Source: Pseudomonas phage pPa_SNUABM_DT01. Taken from it: DNA of 64,000 nt. Location: sequence record MW735835.1. The stretch is one strand, 5' to 3'. Position 1 is the first letter of the stretch; each line of letters begins with the position of its first letter. Both the position numbers and the translations under genes were made by a program. Below are positions 8,837 to 17,919 of the stretch, in pieces. The notes beneath the pieces were generated by a model. The model was given only the letters and a program-made list of their open reading frames with translations. It did no database searches and was not told the origin of the DNA.

Positions 8837-8846
8837 ATACATTATC
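8837..8846 (+). promoter_or_regulatory. candidate phage promoter motif ATACATTATC, followed by GTGAATATCGG
   Basis: The motif recurs upstream of at least five genes in this window, here ~80 nt upstream of the 8925 gene. Confidence 0.3.
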
Positions 8847-8924
8847 AACGTGAATATCGGAGCCAAGCTTCAAGATGTTCACTAGGCCCTAGTAACATTC
8901 TTTTCCATCCCAAGGAGTAACACC

Positions 8925-10832
8925 ATGGCTGTAAACAACGACGAAACCCTCGACACCGGCGCCGGCAGCGAGCAACCCCGTCGCAACGAACCGCGCGGCG
9001 AACCGCGTGGTGAGCGTCGTGAGACCAACATGAACGCCGGTCTGCTGGACATCAACCGCCTCCTGGGCGCCCCGATGAGCCGCCGTATCTCCGGCGAAGT
9101 TCTGGTCAATGCCGTCAAGGCCATCAAGCACTGGTTCGCTCCCGAGCGTCAAGTAGCCGGCGGCGGTCTGATCGATCTGACCAAGATCCAGGTTCTGGGT
9201 CTGGAAGCCTCCGAGCACAACGTCTCGATCTCCAGCGCCATCCTGGCCTACCCGGTCGAAGAAAACGGCACCGTCAAGGTGCTGGTGCACTCCATCGCTC
9301 TGGCTCAGAGCCTGACCGACGACGTCGGTGTGCGTACCGCCGAGATCAACCACCGCAGCTACACCCTGCCGGTGATCCCCTCGGACTACATCACCGAGAG
9401 CTACCTGGCTCTGATCGACGAAATCGTCAAGAAGAACTTCGAGCAGTCCCGCAAGAACGTCGAAATCGTTCGTGCCGGCTGGCGTGTGGTTTCGCCGAAG
9501 GTCGACTTCAGCGAGCCGGAAAACACCGAAGTGCGTCAGGTCGTGTTCTTCGCGCAGGCTGCGCTGGCCGCCATCTACGGCGACCTGTACAACGAGAACC
9601 TGTACTTCTCGCTCGACTGGCTGACCAAGGCCTCCACCCTGGAGATCAACGTCGACCTGTCCGGCCGCGAAGTGTTCACCGCTGACGGCCTGCCGCGTCG
9701 TTCCGACCTGGCCGTGCAAGTCGCCGGTATCGTCCGCAAGGGCGACCAGAACATCCCGGTTCCGCTGGCCAACCTGGGCGGCTACGTCAACATCATGTAC
9801 ACCCCGCCGGCGCAAGAAGAGCGTTGGGCCCGCAACCAGCGCCGTGATCAGCCGTACTTCACTCCGGTGTACGTGATCAACCGCATGGACACCGGCACCA
9901 ACGGCATCACCCCGGAACTGCTCCTGCTGGCCATGGCCGGCGCCTCGGTCATCTCCAAGGACCAGGCCTGGGCGCAGGGCTTCCTGCCGGGCGACGTGCA
10001 GCGCGGTGAAGTGGACTACCGTGACGCCGGTCTGCTGAACATCCTCGGCCCGGATCAGGACAAGCAGCCTGTCGTGTTCGACAGCCGCTCGAGCCTGGAC
10101 ACCAACAAGTGGGCCCAGTACTTCTTCAGCCTGGTGGACGACAACCTGGCCTGGGCAATCGAGCTGGAAGAAGGCGGCGACAACAGCTGGATCACCAGCC
10201 TGCTGTCCGACGCTGCAACCGACGACAGCCCGAACAAGGACGCCATCCGCCGTCTGTACGACTACGCGGACCGTCTGACCAACGGCAACTTCACCCGTCG
10301 TGCCAAGGAGCTGGGCGTCGAAGTCCCGCTGCAAATGTCCGGTGCCCGTTACCTGACCGGTACCTGGATCGACGAGAACGGCAAGGAGCGCGACCTGCGC
10401 GACTGGGACCTGCTGCGCTGGATGGCTTCCAACCCGAGCGACGAGGGCGAATCCGCTCTGCGCTACCAGGACGTCATCGACCGCACTGACCTGGACGTGG
10501 AAATCCGCGTTTCCGAGCAGTTCGACCAACTGACCCAAGCCCTCGGCGCGAGCAACGTCAAGTTCGCCCGCTACGTGGACCTGGCCTTCATCAACCCGGC
10601 CTTCATCGAGGCCCTCGCCATGGCCGTTGCTGATTGCAAGATCAACATCGACCAGCGCTCTGCGCACTACACCTTCGGCAACCGTCGCCTGCGTGGTAAC
10701 ACCCGCATCCGCGACTTCGTCGGTGGTGACCTGACCCACGGCATGCTCTCGAGCCGCCGCATGGGCAACGACGGTCAGCGTGGTCTGCGTTCCGTAGTCG
10801 GCAACGGCTTCGGTTTCGGCAACACCTACTGA
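8925..10832 (+). CDS. highly expressed 635-aa protein; candidate chimallin (phage-nucleus shell protein ChmA) by size and synteny
   Basis: Extreme codon bias (CTG, GGC, CGT, AAC, ATC). Canonical AAGGAGTAACACC translation-initiation region and a long structured 5' leader. It lies immediately upstream of the RNAP beta-prime N gene, as the shell-protein gene does in phiKZ-like phages, and the size is comparable. No sequence identity could be checked. Confidence 0.55.
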   Translation: MAVNNDETLDTGAGSEQPRRNEPRGEPRGERRETNMNAGLLDINRLLGAPMSRRISGEVLVNAVKAIKHWFAPERQVAGGGLIDLTKIQVLGLEASEHNVSISSAILAYPVEENGTVKVLVHSIALAQSLTDDVGVRTAEINHRSYTLPVIPSDYITESYLALIDEIVKKNFEQSRKNVEIVRAGWRVVSPKVDFSEPENTEVRQVVFFAQAALAAIYGDLYNENLYFSLDWLTKASTLEINVDLSGREVFTADGLPRRSDLAVQVAGIVRKGDQNIPVPLANLGGYVNIMYTPPAQEERWARNQRRDQPYFTPVYVINRMDTGTNGITPELLLLAMAGASVISKDQAWAQGFLPGDVQRGEVDYRDAGLLNILGPDQDKQPVVFDSRSSLDTNKWAQYFFSLVDDNLAWAIELEEGGDNSWITSLLSDAATDDSPNKDAIRRLYDYADRLTNGNFTRRAKELGVEVPLQMSGARYLTGTWIDENGKERDLRDWDLLRWMASNPSDEGESALRYQDVIDRTDLDVEIRVSEQFDQLTQALGASNVKFARYVDLAFINPAFIEALAMAVADCKINIDQRSAHYTFGNRRLRGNTRIRDFVGGDLTHGMLSSRRMGNDGQRGLRSVVGNGFGFGNTY

Positions 10833-10863
10833 TCGGCGCTGAGCGTCAGCAGTAAAGTAGCAA

Positions 10864-10905
10864 GGGGGAGCTAACGCTCCCCCGAGCTATTCCTTTTTAT
10901 TTTCA
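10864..10905 (+). terminator. rho-independent terminator
   Basis: GGGGGAGC-TAAC-GCTCCCCC followed by GAGCTATTCCTTTTTATTTTC. Confidence 0.7.
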
Positions 10906-10924
10906 CCGGAGCACGGAAAGGCCA

Positions 10925-12388
10925 ATGAAAGAACGCAATGGCGTTTACTTGCGTGTGGTGAGTTACGACACCATGTTCATGCATCAGAGTCACCCTGCGA
11001 CCCTGATGAACGACTTCAACATCGATCTTGAGGCTGATCGTCTCAAGCTGAACAACCTCATTTATGCCTCTCTGGATGGCGACTCGCTGAACAACACGGC
11101 GAGCTGTGACTGTGGGCACATCACCGGCATGGACAACTATGGCATCCGCTGCCACGAGTGTCTGAGCCTGGTCATGCCCATCACCGAGAAACCACTGGAG
11201 ACTCTCCTGTGGATCAAGGTGCCGGCTGGCATCAACAAATTCATCAACCTGACGGTGTGGCGGATTCTGTCGAAGAACCTGACGCACTCGAACTTCAACA
11301 TCCTGGAGTACTTGTGTAACCCGCGTTACAACGCACCGAGTCCGTTAGCCGCGGACAAGATGCGCAAGTTGGAGCGCCTGGAAATCCCGCGTGGCTACAA
11401 CCACTTCGTTGACAACTACGAGGCCATCCTGGTCGCGTTGTTCAAAGCGGGGCTCATCGGTCCATCCGCTTCTGCCCGTAAGCGCCGCAAGATCATGCGC
11501 TTCTTGCAGGAGAACTTTGACCGGACGTTCTCGGAGTACCTGCCGTTCCCAACTCGGCTGGGCTTCATCAAGGAGAGCAGCAACAACCGTATCACGGCCG
11601 ACCCGAAGATGGTGGCTGCGGTCAACGCCGCGCACATCCTCATCGGTATCGACAACCGCGAGACGGTCGAGAACCAACCCAAGCTGTCCCAGGCCCAGAA
11701 AGAAGGACGCGTGGTCAACGCGCTCCAGAACTTCAACGATTACTACAAGACCTTCGAGTCCGAGGTGATCTTCAAGAAGCCTGGTATCGCTCGTAAGCTG
11801 ATTTACGGCACCCGGCCGTACTTCGGGTTCCGTGCGGTGATCACCTCCCGTCAGAAGCCTCACCGGCAAGATGGCATGGAGATGCCGTGGTCGGCAAGTA
11901 CACTGCTCTTTAAGGTGCACTTGCAGAACAAGCTGATCACCCAGGGCTACATCCCTAACGAGATGCAGGCCCTGATCTACGAGAACACGCTGCGCTGGCA
12001 CCCAGAGCTGGATCGGCTGTTCAAGGAGTTGCTGGCAGAAGCTCCCAACGGGACTATTCCCACCACCTTCGGTCGTAACCCGACCCTGACGCGTGGTTCG
12101 ATCGGCTACAACCAGATCGACACCATTAAGAGTGACCCAACGGACAACACCATCTCGATCAGCCCGCTGAACTTGATCGACAAGAACGCGGACTTCGACG
12201 GTGACGCGCTCTGGGGCGAGCTGCCGCTTGACCACAAGAACGCGAAGATCATGTCCCGCCTGGACCCGGTCACTGGCGTCATGGACCTCGACAAACCGTT
12301 TACCATCTCGCGAAATACGACGCTGCCGGCGCCGTTGATTGCGACGATGACGAATTGGCTCATCGAGGGCGATAAGGTATCCACATGA
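10925..12388 (+). CDS. multisubunit RNA polymerase beta-prime subunit, N-terminal fragment
   Basis: NLIDKNADFDGDALWGE contains the universal NADFDGD Mg-binding loop. CDCGHITGMDNYGIRCHECLSLV matches the beta-prime N-terminal Zn finger (C-x-C-x12-C-x2-C). The ORF ends ~50 aa after the catalytic loop, i.e. a split beta-prime as in phiKZ-like phages. Confidence 0.9.
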   Translation: MKERNGVYLRVVSYDTMFMHQSHPATLMNDFNIDLEADRLKLNNLIYASLDGDSLNNTASCDCGHITGMDNYGIRCHECLSLVMPITEKPLETLLWIKVPAGINKFINLTVWRILSKNLTHSNFNILEYLCNPRYNAPSPLAADKMRKLERLEIPRGYNHFVDNYEAILVALFKAGLIGPSASARKRRKIMRFLQENFDRTFSEYLPFPTRLGFIKESSNNRITADPKMVAAVNAAHILIGIDNRETVENQPKLSQAQKEGRVVNALQNFNDYYKTFESEVIFKKPGIARKLIYGTRPYFGFRAVITSRQKPHRQDGMEMPWSASTLLFKVHLQNKLITQGYIPNEMQALIYENTLRWHPELDRLFKELLAEAPNGTIPTTFGRNPTLTRGSIGYNQIDTIKSDPTDNTISISPLNLIDKNADFDGDALWGELPLDHKNAKIMSRLDPVTGVMDLDKPFTISRNTTLPAPLIATMTNWLIEGDKVST

Positions 12389-12398
12389 GGAGTGAGTT

Positions 12399-13022
12399 AT
12401 GGCGATAGCTATCTACGCTGACGATCAGGAGTTCGGGGTCATGCACTACGGCCTCCCGCGATCCGAGGACCGGGCGGCTATCCGACAGCGTATGGAGAAC
12501 ACGGCTCGGTCATTTGGTTTGACCGGCAGTGACCTCTTCAGCAAGGCGATCAGCCGGTTCGAGTCGTTCGACTTCGATAAGGTGGAGCGCAAGCTCGATG
12601 CCTTGAAGCGGAAAGTCACCCACCTCTTCGACCGGGATGAAATCCGGCCGATGTGGAAGATCGGTCAGTTCCAACAGGCCGGTCCTGTCCAGCAGCGGTG
12701 GCTGATGGCAAACCCACGGGCTCAGAAGCTCTTCGAAGCGGACATGATGTATGGCTGGCGTGATACCTTCGTCAACCATCACAAAGGCCGCTACGGCGAG
12801 GAGAACCCGGACTACCGCGCCGTCATGGACGGTCTGGTGGTGTTCAACGAGGAAGGCGGGGCGGTATGCACGCAGTTCTTGACCGACCGTGATGCCGACA
12901 ACCGAGGCGTCCTCAACTTCTCGGACCAGACTCTGGTTCACGGAAGCATGTGGGCCAACTTCGGGGCATTCCTGGACGAAGGGCTGGACGATCCGGGCGA
13001 TCCGAACAACGGTTCGCTCTGA
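12399..13022 (+). CDS. hypothetical protein
   Basis: GAGGAG Shine-Dalgarno element 7 nt upstream. 207 aa. Confidence 0.7.
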   Translation: MAIAIYADDQEFGVMHYGLPRSEDRAAIRQRMENTARSFGLTGSDLFSKAISRFESFDFDKVERKLDALKRKVTHLFDRDEIRPMWKIGQFQQAGPVQQRWLMANPRAQKLFEADMMYGWRDTFVNHHKGRYGEENPDYRAVMDGLVVFNEEGGAVCTQFLTDRDADNRGVLNFSDQTLVHGSMWANFGAFLDEGLDDPGDPNNGSL

Positions 13023-13030
13023 CCGACCTG

Positions 13031-13091
13031 CACCGCACATATCTCAATGGTATGTGCGGTGTACCCCCTCACGGGTACCTTTCTTTTTTCG
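13031..13091 (+). terminator. tandem hairpins / terminator
   Basis: An 11-bp perfect stem CACCGCACATA...TATGTGCGGTG is followed by GTACCC-CCTCAC-GGGTAC and then CTTTCTTTTTTCG. Confidence 0.6.
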
Positions 13092-13106
13092 TCCCGAGAT
13101 AATCCC

Positions 13107-13532
13107 ATGGCCCGTGTAGTCCCTGTTCTTGGCAGTGCCGGATTCGCCACTGACCTGACCATCAAGGCCGACGAAGCCTTGTCCAATTTCTACCTCTCCC
13201 AGCGGTCTCAGTCTGACCTGTACCGTGGCAGCATTGCCAGTCTGGGGGAGATCATCAGTGCCCACGGTAACAACCCTCCTGTCCTCGAATCCGAGACCCG
13301 GAAGGTGCTGCAAGGGTATTTTGAGCGCCAGTTTGAGGAAGTCACCCTCGATGTCAAGTCCGTAGTGAAAGGACCCAGTATTGATTTACAGATCTCTGTT
13401 ATCCTACGAGACGGAGACAAATCAATCGACATTGCCCACGTGGTTTCGTCCTCTGATTCCAAAATTCGCAGCATCATTGATCTGCAAAACGAAGGAAGGC
13501 CGTTCATCTCGGCCGACCTACTTTCGACCTAA
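13107..13532 (+). CDS. hypothetical protein
   Basis: First ATG after the terminator. 141 aa. The track start at 13047 lies inside the hairpins. Confidence 0.55.
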   Translation: MARVVPVLGSAGFATDLTIKADEALSNFYLSQRSQSDLYRGSIASLGEIISAHGNNPPVLESETRKVLQGYFERQFEEVTLDVKSVVKGPSIDLQISVILRDGDKSIDIAHVVSSSDSKIRSIIDLQNEGRPFISADLLST

Positions 13533-13545
13533 GGAGTAACACCCG

Positions 13546-14391
13546 ATGTCCGAACATGAAGCCCGCCAAGACCAGCGCATTGCTGAACTGGAAGCCCGCC
13601 TGGAAACCGCCGAGAAAAGCCTGACCACCGCGAACAGCGTCATCCTCGGCCTGCAACGCAGCATCGTCGATATCACCGCTGACCACGTTCACCGCGTGTT
13701 CAACGACCCGGTGCTGGTCGACAGCCTGGCTCAGCGCTTCTTCATCGCCGCTGCCAACGCGATCGCCTTCAAGGCCAAGTCCTCCAAGCAGCGCACCCCG
13801 CAGCTGGTCGTGATCGAGCAGTACATCCCGGGCGCCATCCGCGCTACCCTGCAAGAAAACGGCGACGTCTTCATCGAAGAGCAGACCGAAGGCGGCGAGT
13901 GGAAGTCCGGCGAAGCACTGTCCGAGCAGATGCGCACCCCGGAAGTGCAGACTGCCTTCGGCAACCTGCTGATCTCCTACACCGCCGAAGTCGGCAAGCC
14001 CTACTTCATCACCGAGGACGTGTACCTCGAAGAGTTCCGCGCTCAGGCTTCCCAGCAAGCTCTGGCCGTGGTCAAGGGCGTGGAAGACACCGCCGCCAAG
14101 GCGCAAGTGCGCATCACCACCCGTCCGGCCCCGCTGGGCGACGCCCCGGTGAGCGAAGACGCCAGCAACGACCTGACCATGGACGTACCGTTCGACGCGG
14201 TCTTCCACATCAAGCAAGCTGACGGCTCCGTCGTGGAAACCCTGGCCAGCGCCGTGAAAGAAGGCGACGTCGCCATCGTTTCCCGCAACGAGCAGGTCAT
14301 CCAGGAAGTGATCATCGCTGCCGTGCCGGTCGTGGCCGAAGAAGCTCCGGTTGAAGCCGAAGCGCCTGCCGCCGAAGCTGCCGCGCAGTAA
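13546..14391 (+). CDS. abundant protein with coiled-coil N-terminus and Ala/Glu/Pro-rich C-terminal tail
   Basis: CTAAGGAGTAACACCCG translation-initiation region almost identical to that of the 8925 gene. Very strong codon bias. N-terminus QRIAELEARLETAEKSL and C-terminus AEEAPVEAEAPAAEAAAQ. Followed by a strong terminator. Confidence 0.8.
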   Translation: MSEHEARQDQRIAELEARLETAEKSLTTANSVILGLQRSIVDITADHVHRVFNDPVLVDSLAQRFFIAAANAIAFKAKSSKQRTPQLVVIEQYIPGAIRATLQENGDVFIEEQTEGGEWKSGEALSEQMRTPEVQTAFGNLLISYTAEVGKPYFITEDVYLEEFRAQASQQALAVVKGVEDTAAKAQVRITTRPAPLGDAPVSEDASNDLTMDVPFDAVFHIKQADGSVVETLASAVKEGDVAIVSRNEQVIQEVIIAAVPVVAEEAPVEAEAPAAEAAAQ

Positions 14392-14397
14392 GTCAGC

Positions 14398-14428
14398 ATA
14401 GAGGGAGGCTTCGGCCTCCCTCTTTTAT
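14398..14428 (+). terminator. rho-independent terminator
   Basis: GAGGGAGGC-TTCG-GCCTCCCTC followed by TTTTATGG. Confidence 0.8.
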
Positions 14429-14440
14429 GGAGATAAGGTC

Positions 14441-15040
14441 ATGCAACTGACTCCCGATGATTTTGCCCGTCTGGAAGAGATGGATCGTGAAGCCAATGCC
14501 CGCCTGAGCGAGCGTGACTTTGTCGGTCGTCTGCTTCCGCACCTGATCCCGAACGAAGATGGCTCGGTGAGCAATCGCCGTGTAGACATCTATGTGGAAG
14601 CCGCTGGCCACGCTCAGCGCATGATCGACGTCTACGCTGACAACGATCCCACCAAGATCCTCTACACCGTTCCGCCGCTGATCAGCCCGACCCCGATGGT
14701 CATCCGTTCGGTCCAGGCCAACCCGGAAACCGACATCGGCGAACTGTCCGCCACGTTCGAGGCCCAGATCACCACCGCTCACCCGGGTGCTGTGATCGAA
14801 GCGTTCGTTCACCGCCTGATGGCGCTCAACTACAGCCCGGCTGACGCGATCTCCACCGTCTACAGCATGATGTGGGCGAAGATCTACCGTCGCTACAACA
14901 TCCCGCTGGAACGCCTGTTCGGCGAGAACGCCGCTGCCGTCGAGAAGCAGCTCGGCCTGGCTCCACAGGAAGAAGACGCCCAAGCGTCGAAAAGGACCGT
15001 ACTCAATGAGATTGCAGACGACGACATCGAACCGCTCTGA
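14441..15040 (+). CDS. hypothetical protein
   Basis: Shine-Dalgarno element GGAGATAAGG upstream. 199 aa. Confidence 0.7.
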   Translation: MQLTPDDFARLEEMDREANARLSERDFVGRLLPHLIPNEDGSVSNRRVDIYVEAAGHAQRMIDVYADNDPTKILYTVPPLISPTPMVIRSVQANPETDIGELSATFEAQITTAHPGAVIEAFVHRLMALNYSPADAISTVYSMMWAKIYRRYNIPLERLFGENAAAVEKQLGLAPQEEDAQASKRTVLNEIADDDIEPL

Positions 15041-16172
15041 TTTGGTCATGGCGTTCATCTCGGATATCCACCTGGCCCATCCGCGTACTTCCACGTACCA
15101 CATCATCCAGAACCTCCGCAAGGCGTTCCCGGACGATGAAGCCACGGGTAAGCTGGACATCCTGTTCTTCGCAGGCGACGTCTTTGACCGCCTAATGAAC
15201 CTGCCTCAGGATGAGGTGGACGCCATCCAAGAGTGGATTGGTGACGTTCTTCGCATCTGCGCCAAGCGTAACATCTTGGTGCGTGTTCTCGAAGGTACGC
15301 CCAGTCACGACTGGCGTCAGTCCAAACAGTTCGTCAACGTCAACAACACCCTGGATAAGCCAGCCAACCTGAAGTACGTCGATACCTTGAGTGTCGAAGT
15401 CATCAGTGAGCTGAACAACCTGAGTGTGTTGTACGTGCCGGACGAATGGAACGCTGACGCCAGCGTGACGCTCCAGCAAGCCAAGGAACTCCTGTCTATC
15501 CACGGGATGGAACAGGTGGACGTCGCTTGCATGCATGGCTCGTTCGATTACCAGCTTCCGATCGAATCGGTCAAGAACCACAACAGCGAAGCTTACTTGG
15601 CCATGGTGCGCCACTTCATCGGTATCGGTCACGTGCACATTCGCTCGGATCGGTCCATGCCAGCGTACAAGTCCATCATCCTGGCTCAGGGGTCGTTCGA
15701 TCGCCTGTCCCACGGTGAGGAAGCCGCCAAAGGACACTACAGGGCTTGCATCTCGTCTGTCGGTAACTACCACTGGTTTGTGGAGAACACCGGCGCACGG
15801 ATCTACAAGACCCTGGACTGCCGCGAGATGTCGGTGGATGAAACCATCGAGATGCTCGAGCATTACGAAGAGTACCCGGACGAGTCTTGCTTCCGTCTGG
15901 TGATCAAGCGCAACAGCACGGTGCAGCACGGCATGCGTGACTTGCGCAAGCGGTTCCCGCAGTTCAAGTTGACCACCCAGATGGATGACCTGAAAGCCCA
16001 GGAAGAAGTCAACCTGGTGCAGCCGCAGGTCAAGGCCGTCAAACCCATCAGCATCACGCCCACCAACATCGTGCATTTGGTCAGTGAGCGTTTGAAGCGG
16101 CGTTACGCCGAAGACGACCCTCGTGCCCAGAAGGTACTCAAGGTGTTGGTCAAGCATAAGGAGGCGTTATGA
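15006..16172 (+). CDS. Mre11/SbcD-like calcineurin-type metallophosphoesterase (putative nuclease)
   Basis: Phosphoesterase motifs appear in order: FISDIHLAHP (D-x-H), FFAGDVFDRL (GDxxDR), LEGTPSHD (GNH[DE]-like), CMHGSFD, and GIGHVHIRS (GH-x-H, as in SbcD GHEH). Confidence 0.75.
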   Translation: MRLQTTTSNRSDLVMAFISDIHLAHPRTSTYHIIQNLRKAFPDDEATGKLDILFFAGDVFDRLMNLPQDEVDAIQEWIGDVLRICAKRNILVRVLEGTPSHDWRQSKQFVNVNNTLDKPANLKYVDTLSVEVISELNNLSVLYVPDEWNADASVTLQQAKELLSIHGMEQVDVACMHGSFDYQLPIESVKNHNSEAYLAMVRHFIGIGHVHIRSDRSMPAYKSIILAQGSFDRLSHGEEAAKGHYRACISSVGNYHWFVENTGARIYKTLDCREMSVDETIEMLEHYEEYPDESCFRLVIKRNSTVQHGMRDLRKRFPQFKLTTQMDDLKAQEEVNLVQPQVKAVKPISITPTNIVHLVSERLKRRYAEDDPRAQKVLKVLVKHKEAL

Positions 16173-17035
16173 GTGATCCACGGGCCATTGAGGCCGTCTC
16201 CAGCCGTGAGGTGGGGCAAATCCCCATCTCCATCGGTAGTAGTCTGGCCCTTGAGGGTGCGTTTGGCATCCTTGAGGATCACCCCAACCCGAACCCCATC
16301 ATCAACAATGTGGACGTCCTGTACGTCAACATCCGGACCCTGATCCGGAACATGGTGGGGGCCATCAACAGTGAGCAATTGACCTACGTCTTCCCCGAGG
16401 ACTTGGCCAATGCTTTGCTGAATGAGATCACGGTCCTGGAAGGGGCAGTGACTCGGGTGAGCAACGGCCGCGTCAAGGTCGTTCCTTATCTGTGCAACTA
16501 TCGGGGAATTCCCAAGAAGTTCCCGTACGCCATCCTGAAGAACGCTAACACCGAACGACAGAAAATGGCAGCGTTGAGGGAAGAGAACACGGTCATCGAG
16601 TTCCTCCACCTCTTGCAGCACCGTCCGGACATCCGGATCATCGAGACGGACATTGATCTTCAGCAGGATAACCGCAAGGTCCTGATGATGACCAGTTACG
16701 CCGTTGACTTGCTGCAACGCTACAAGTTCTCGTCCCTCACCCTGCTGGAGTCTCACACTGGCGCGGCGAAGCCGCCCGCTTTGTGGTACACCAAACTCAC
16801 CAATGGTAAGGAGTTGGAGCACATTCCGTTCGATCGGATGACGCTTCAGTTCTTTGGCGACAACGGCAACCTCTTTACCGGTTTTCCGATAAAGTTCCGC
16901 CGGGTGATGCTTGACATCGCCAAGAAAAACCGCTGGACAGCGCTGACGACCAAGGACTACATCATCCAATCCGTGAAGAAGGCTTACGAGCCGGAACTGG
17001 AGAAATTGGTGATGAATCTGTACGCGAAAGCCTGA
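16169..17035 (+). CDS. hypothetical protein
   Basis: Overlaps the upstream stop by ATGA and has a TAAGGAGG Shine-Dalgarno element. 288 aa. Confidence 0.7.
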   Translation: MSDPRAIEAVSSREVGQIPISIGSSLALEGAFGILEDHPNPNPIINNVDVLYVNIRTLIRNMVGAINSEQLTYVFPEDLANALLNEITVLEGAVTRVSNGRVKVVPYLCNYRGIPKKFPYAILKNANTERQKMAALREENTVIEFLHLLQHRPDIRIIETDIDLQQDNRKVLMMTSYAVDLLQRYKFSSLTLLESHTGAAKPPALWYTKLTNGKELEHIPFDRMTLQFFGDNGNLFTGFPIKFRRVMLDIAKKNRWTALTTKDYIIQSVKKAYEPELEKLVMNLYAKA

Positions 17036-17116
17036 GGGGAATCCCGCGGGTAAAAAAGAAACTCTAGGTCCTATTGTTTGGACAAAAGCGATCACATCTG
17101 TTTCGGAGATCAGTAA

Positions 17117-17890
17117 ATGAGTGAACAGAACCAGCGTCCGGAAACCATTCTGGACGATCCCAGTCTGGCCCTCAAAGCAAAGCGCCAGGACGGCATGGAG
17201 GGTGATCCCACTCTGCGCCCGGCCTATTACGAGAACAACCCGCGTCTGGTCGTGAAGACCAAGGTGCCCAACGACAAGAACAACGGCAAGATCGAGGCAG
17301 CGCTGTCCAACCGCGCTTTCTACTCCGTGCTGCGTGCTCTGGAAATGGTCGCCGAGTCCTCCAGTCCGATCGTGGTCTTCCTGGACAACAAAGGTCACCG
17401 CTTCGTCGACAAGAAGCGCGACCCGAACCCGTCCATCATGAGCTGCATCAAGCTCGAGAAGAACAACGAAGGCGTGATTTCGATCTGTATCAGTGCCGGT
17501 AAGAACCGTCCGCTGATCGAGTTCCCGTTCCTCGACTGCACCTATCACCAGTTCCGCGATGGCAACGGCAGCATGCCGGTGAGCACCGCGTCCAAGCTGT
17601 ACTGCCTGGGCTGGATCGACGTGATGCGCGAATACCTGCCTGCGGTCATCGAGAAGCACTACGCCAAGCCGGCGTGGATGGCTCGTCGTGAACAAGGCGG
17701 TGGCGGTAACAACAACTGGGGCAACCGCGGTGGTAACAGCGGTGGCGGCGGCAACTGGAACAACGGCGGCAATCGTGGCGGACAGCAGTCCGGCGGTGGC
17801 GGTGGTTGGGGCGGTGGTGGCGGTCAGCAACAGTCTGCAAGTGTGTCCGGCGGAAGTGATTTCAACTTCGACGACGACGTGCCTCTCTAA
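17117..17890 (+). CDS. single-stranded DNA-binding (SSB-like) protein
   Basis: Gly/Asn/Gln-rich C-terminal linker ending in the acidic tip SGGSDFNFDDDVPL, which matches the bacterial SSB DFDDDIPF tail. Strong codon bias. Confidence 0.7.
   Translation: MSEQNQRPETILDDPSLALKAKRQDGMEGDPTLRPAYYENNPRLVVKTKVPNDKNNGKIEAALSNRAFYSVLRALEMVAESSSPIVVFLDNKGHRFVDKKRDPNPSIMSCIKLEKNNEGVISICISAGKNRPLIEFPFLDCTYHQFRDGNGSMPVSTASKLYCLGWIDVMREYLPAVIEKHYAKPAWMARREQGGGGNNNWGNRGGNSGGGGNWNNGGNRGGQQSGGGGGWGGGGGQQQSASVSGGSDFNFDDDVPL
17690..17830 (+). repeat. low-complexity GGY/GGC repeats encoding the Gly-rich SSB linker
   Basis: GGTGGCGG / GGCGGCAAC units reiterated. Confidence 0.6.
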
Positions 17891-17919
17891 GGACTAATCC
17901 CATCATCGAGTAGATGAAT

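Noticed and set aside
8889-10739. 616-aa minus-strand ORF antisense to the chimallin-like gene
   Set aside because: Same artefact: the sense gene has extreme codon bias and a consensus initiation region, while the antisense product is G/V/A/D low-complexity.
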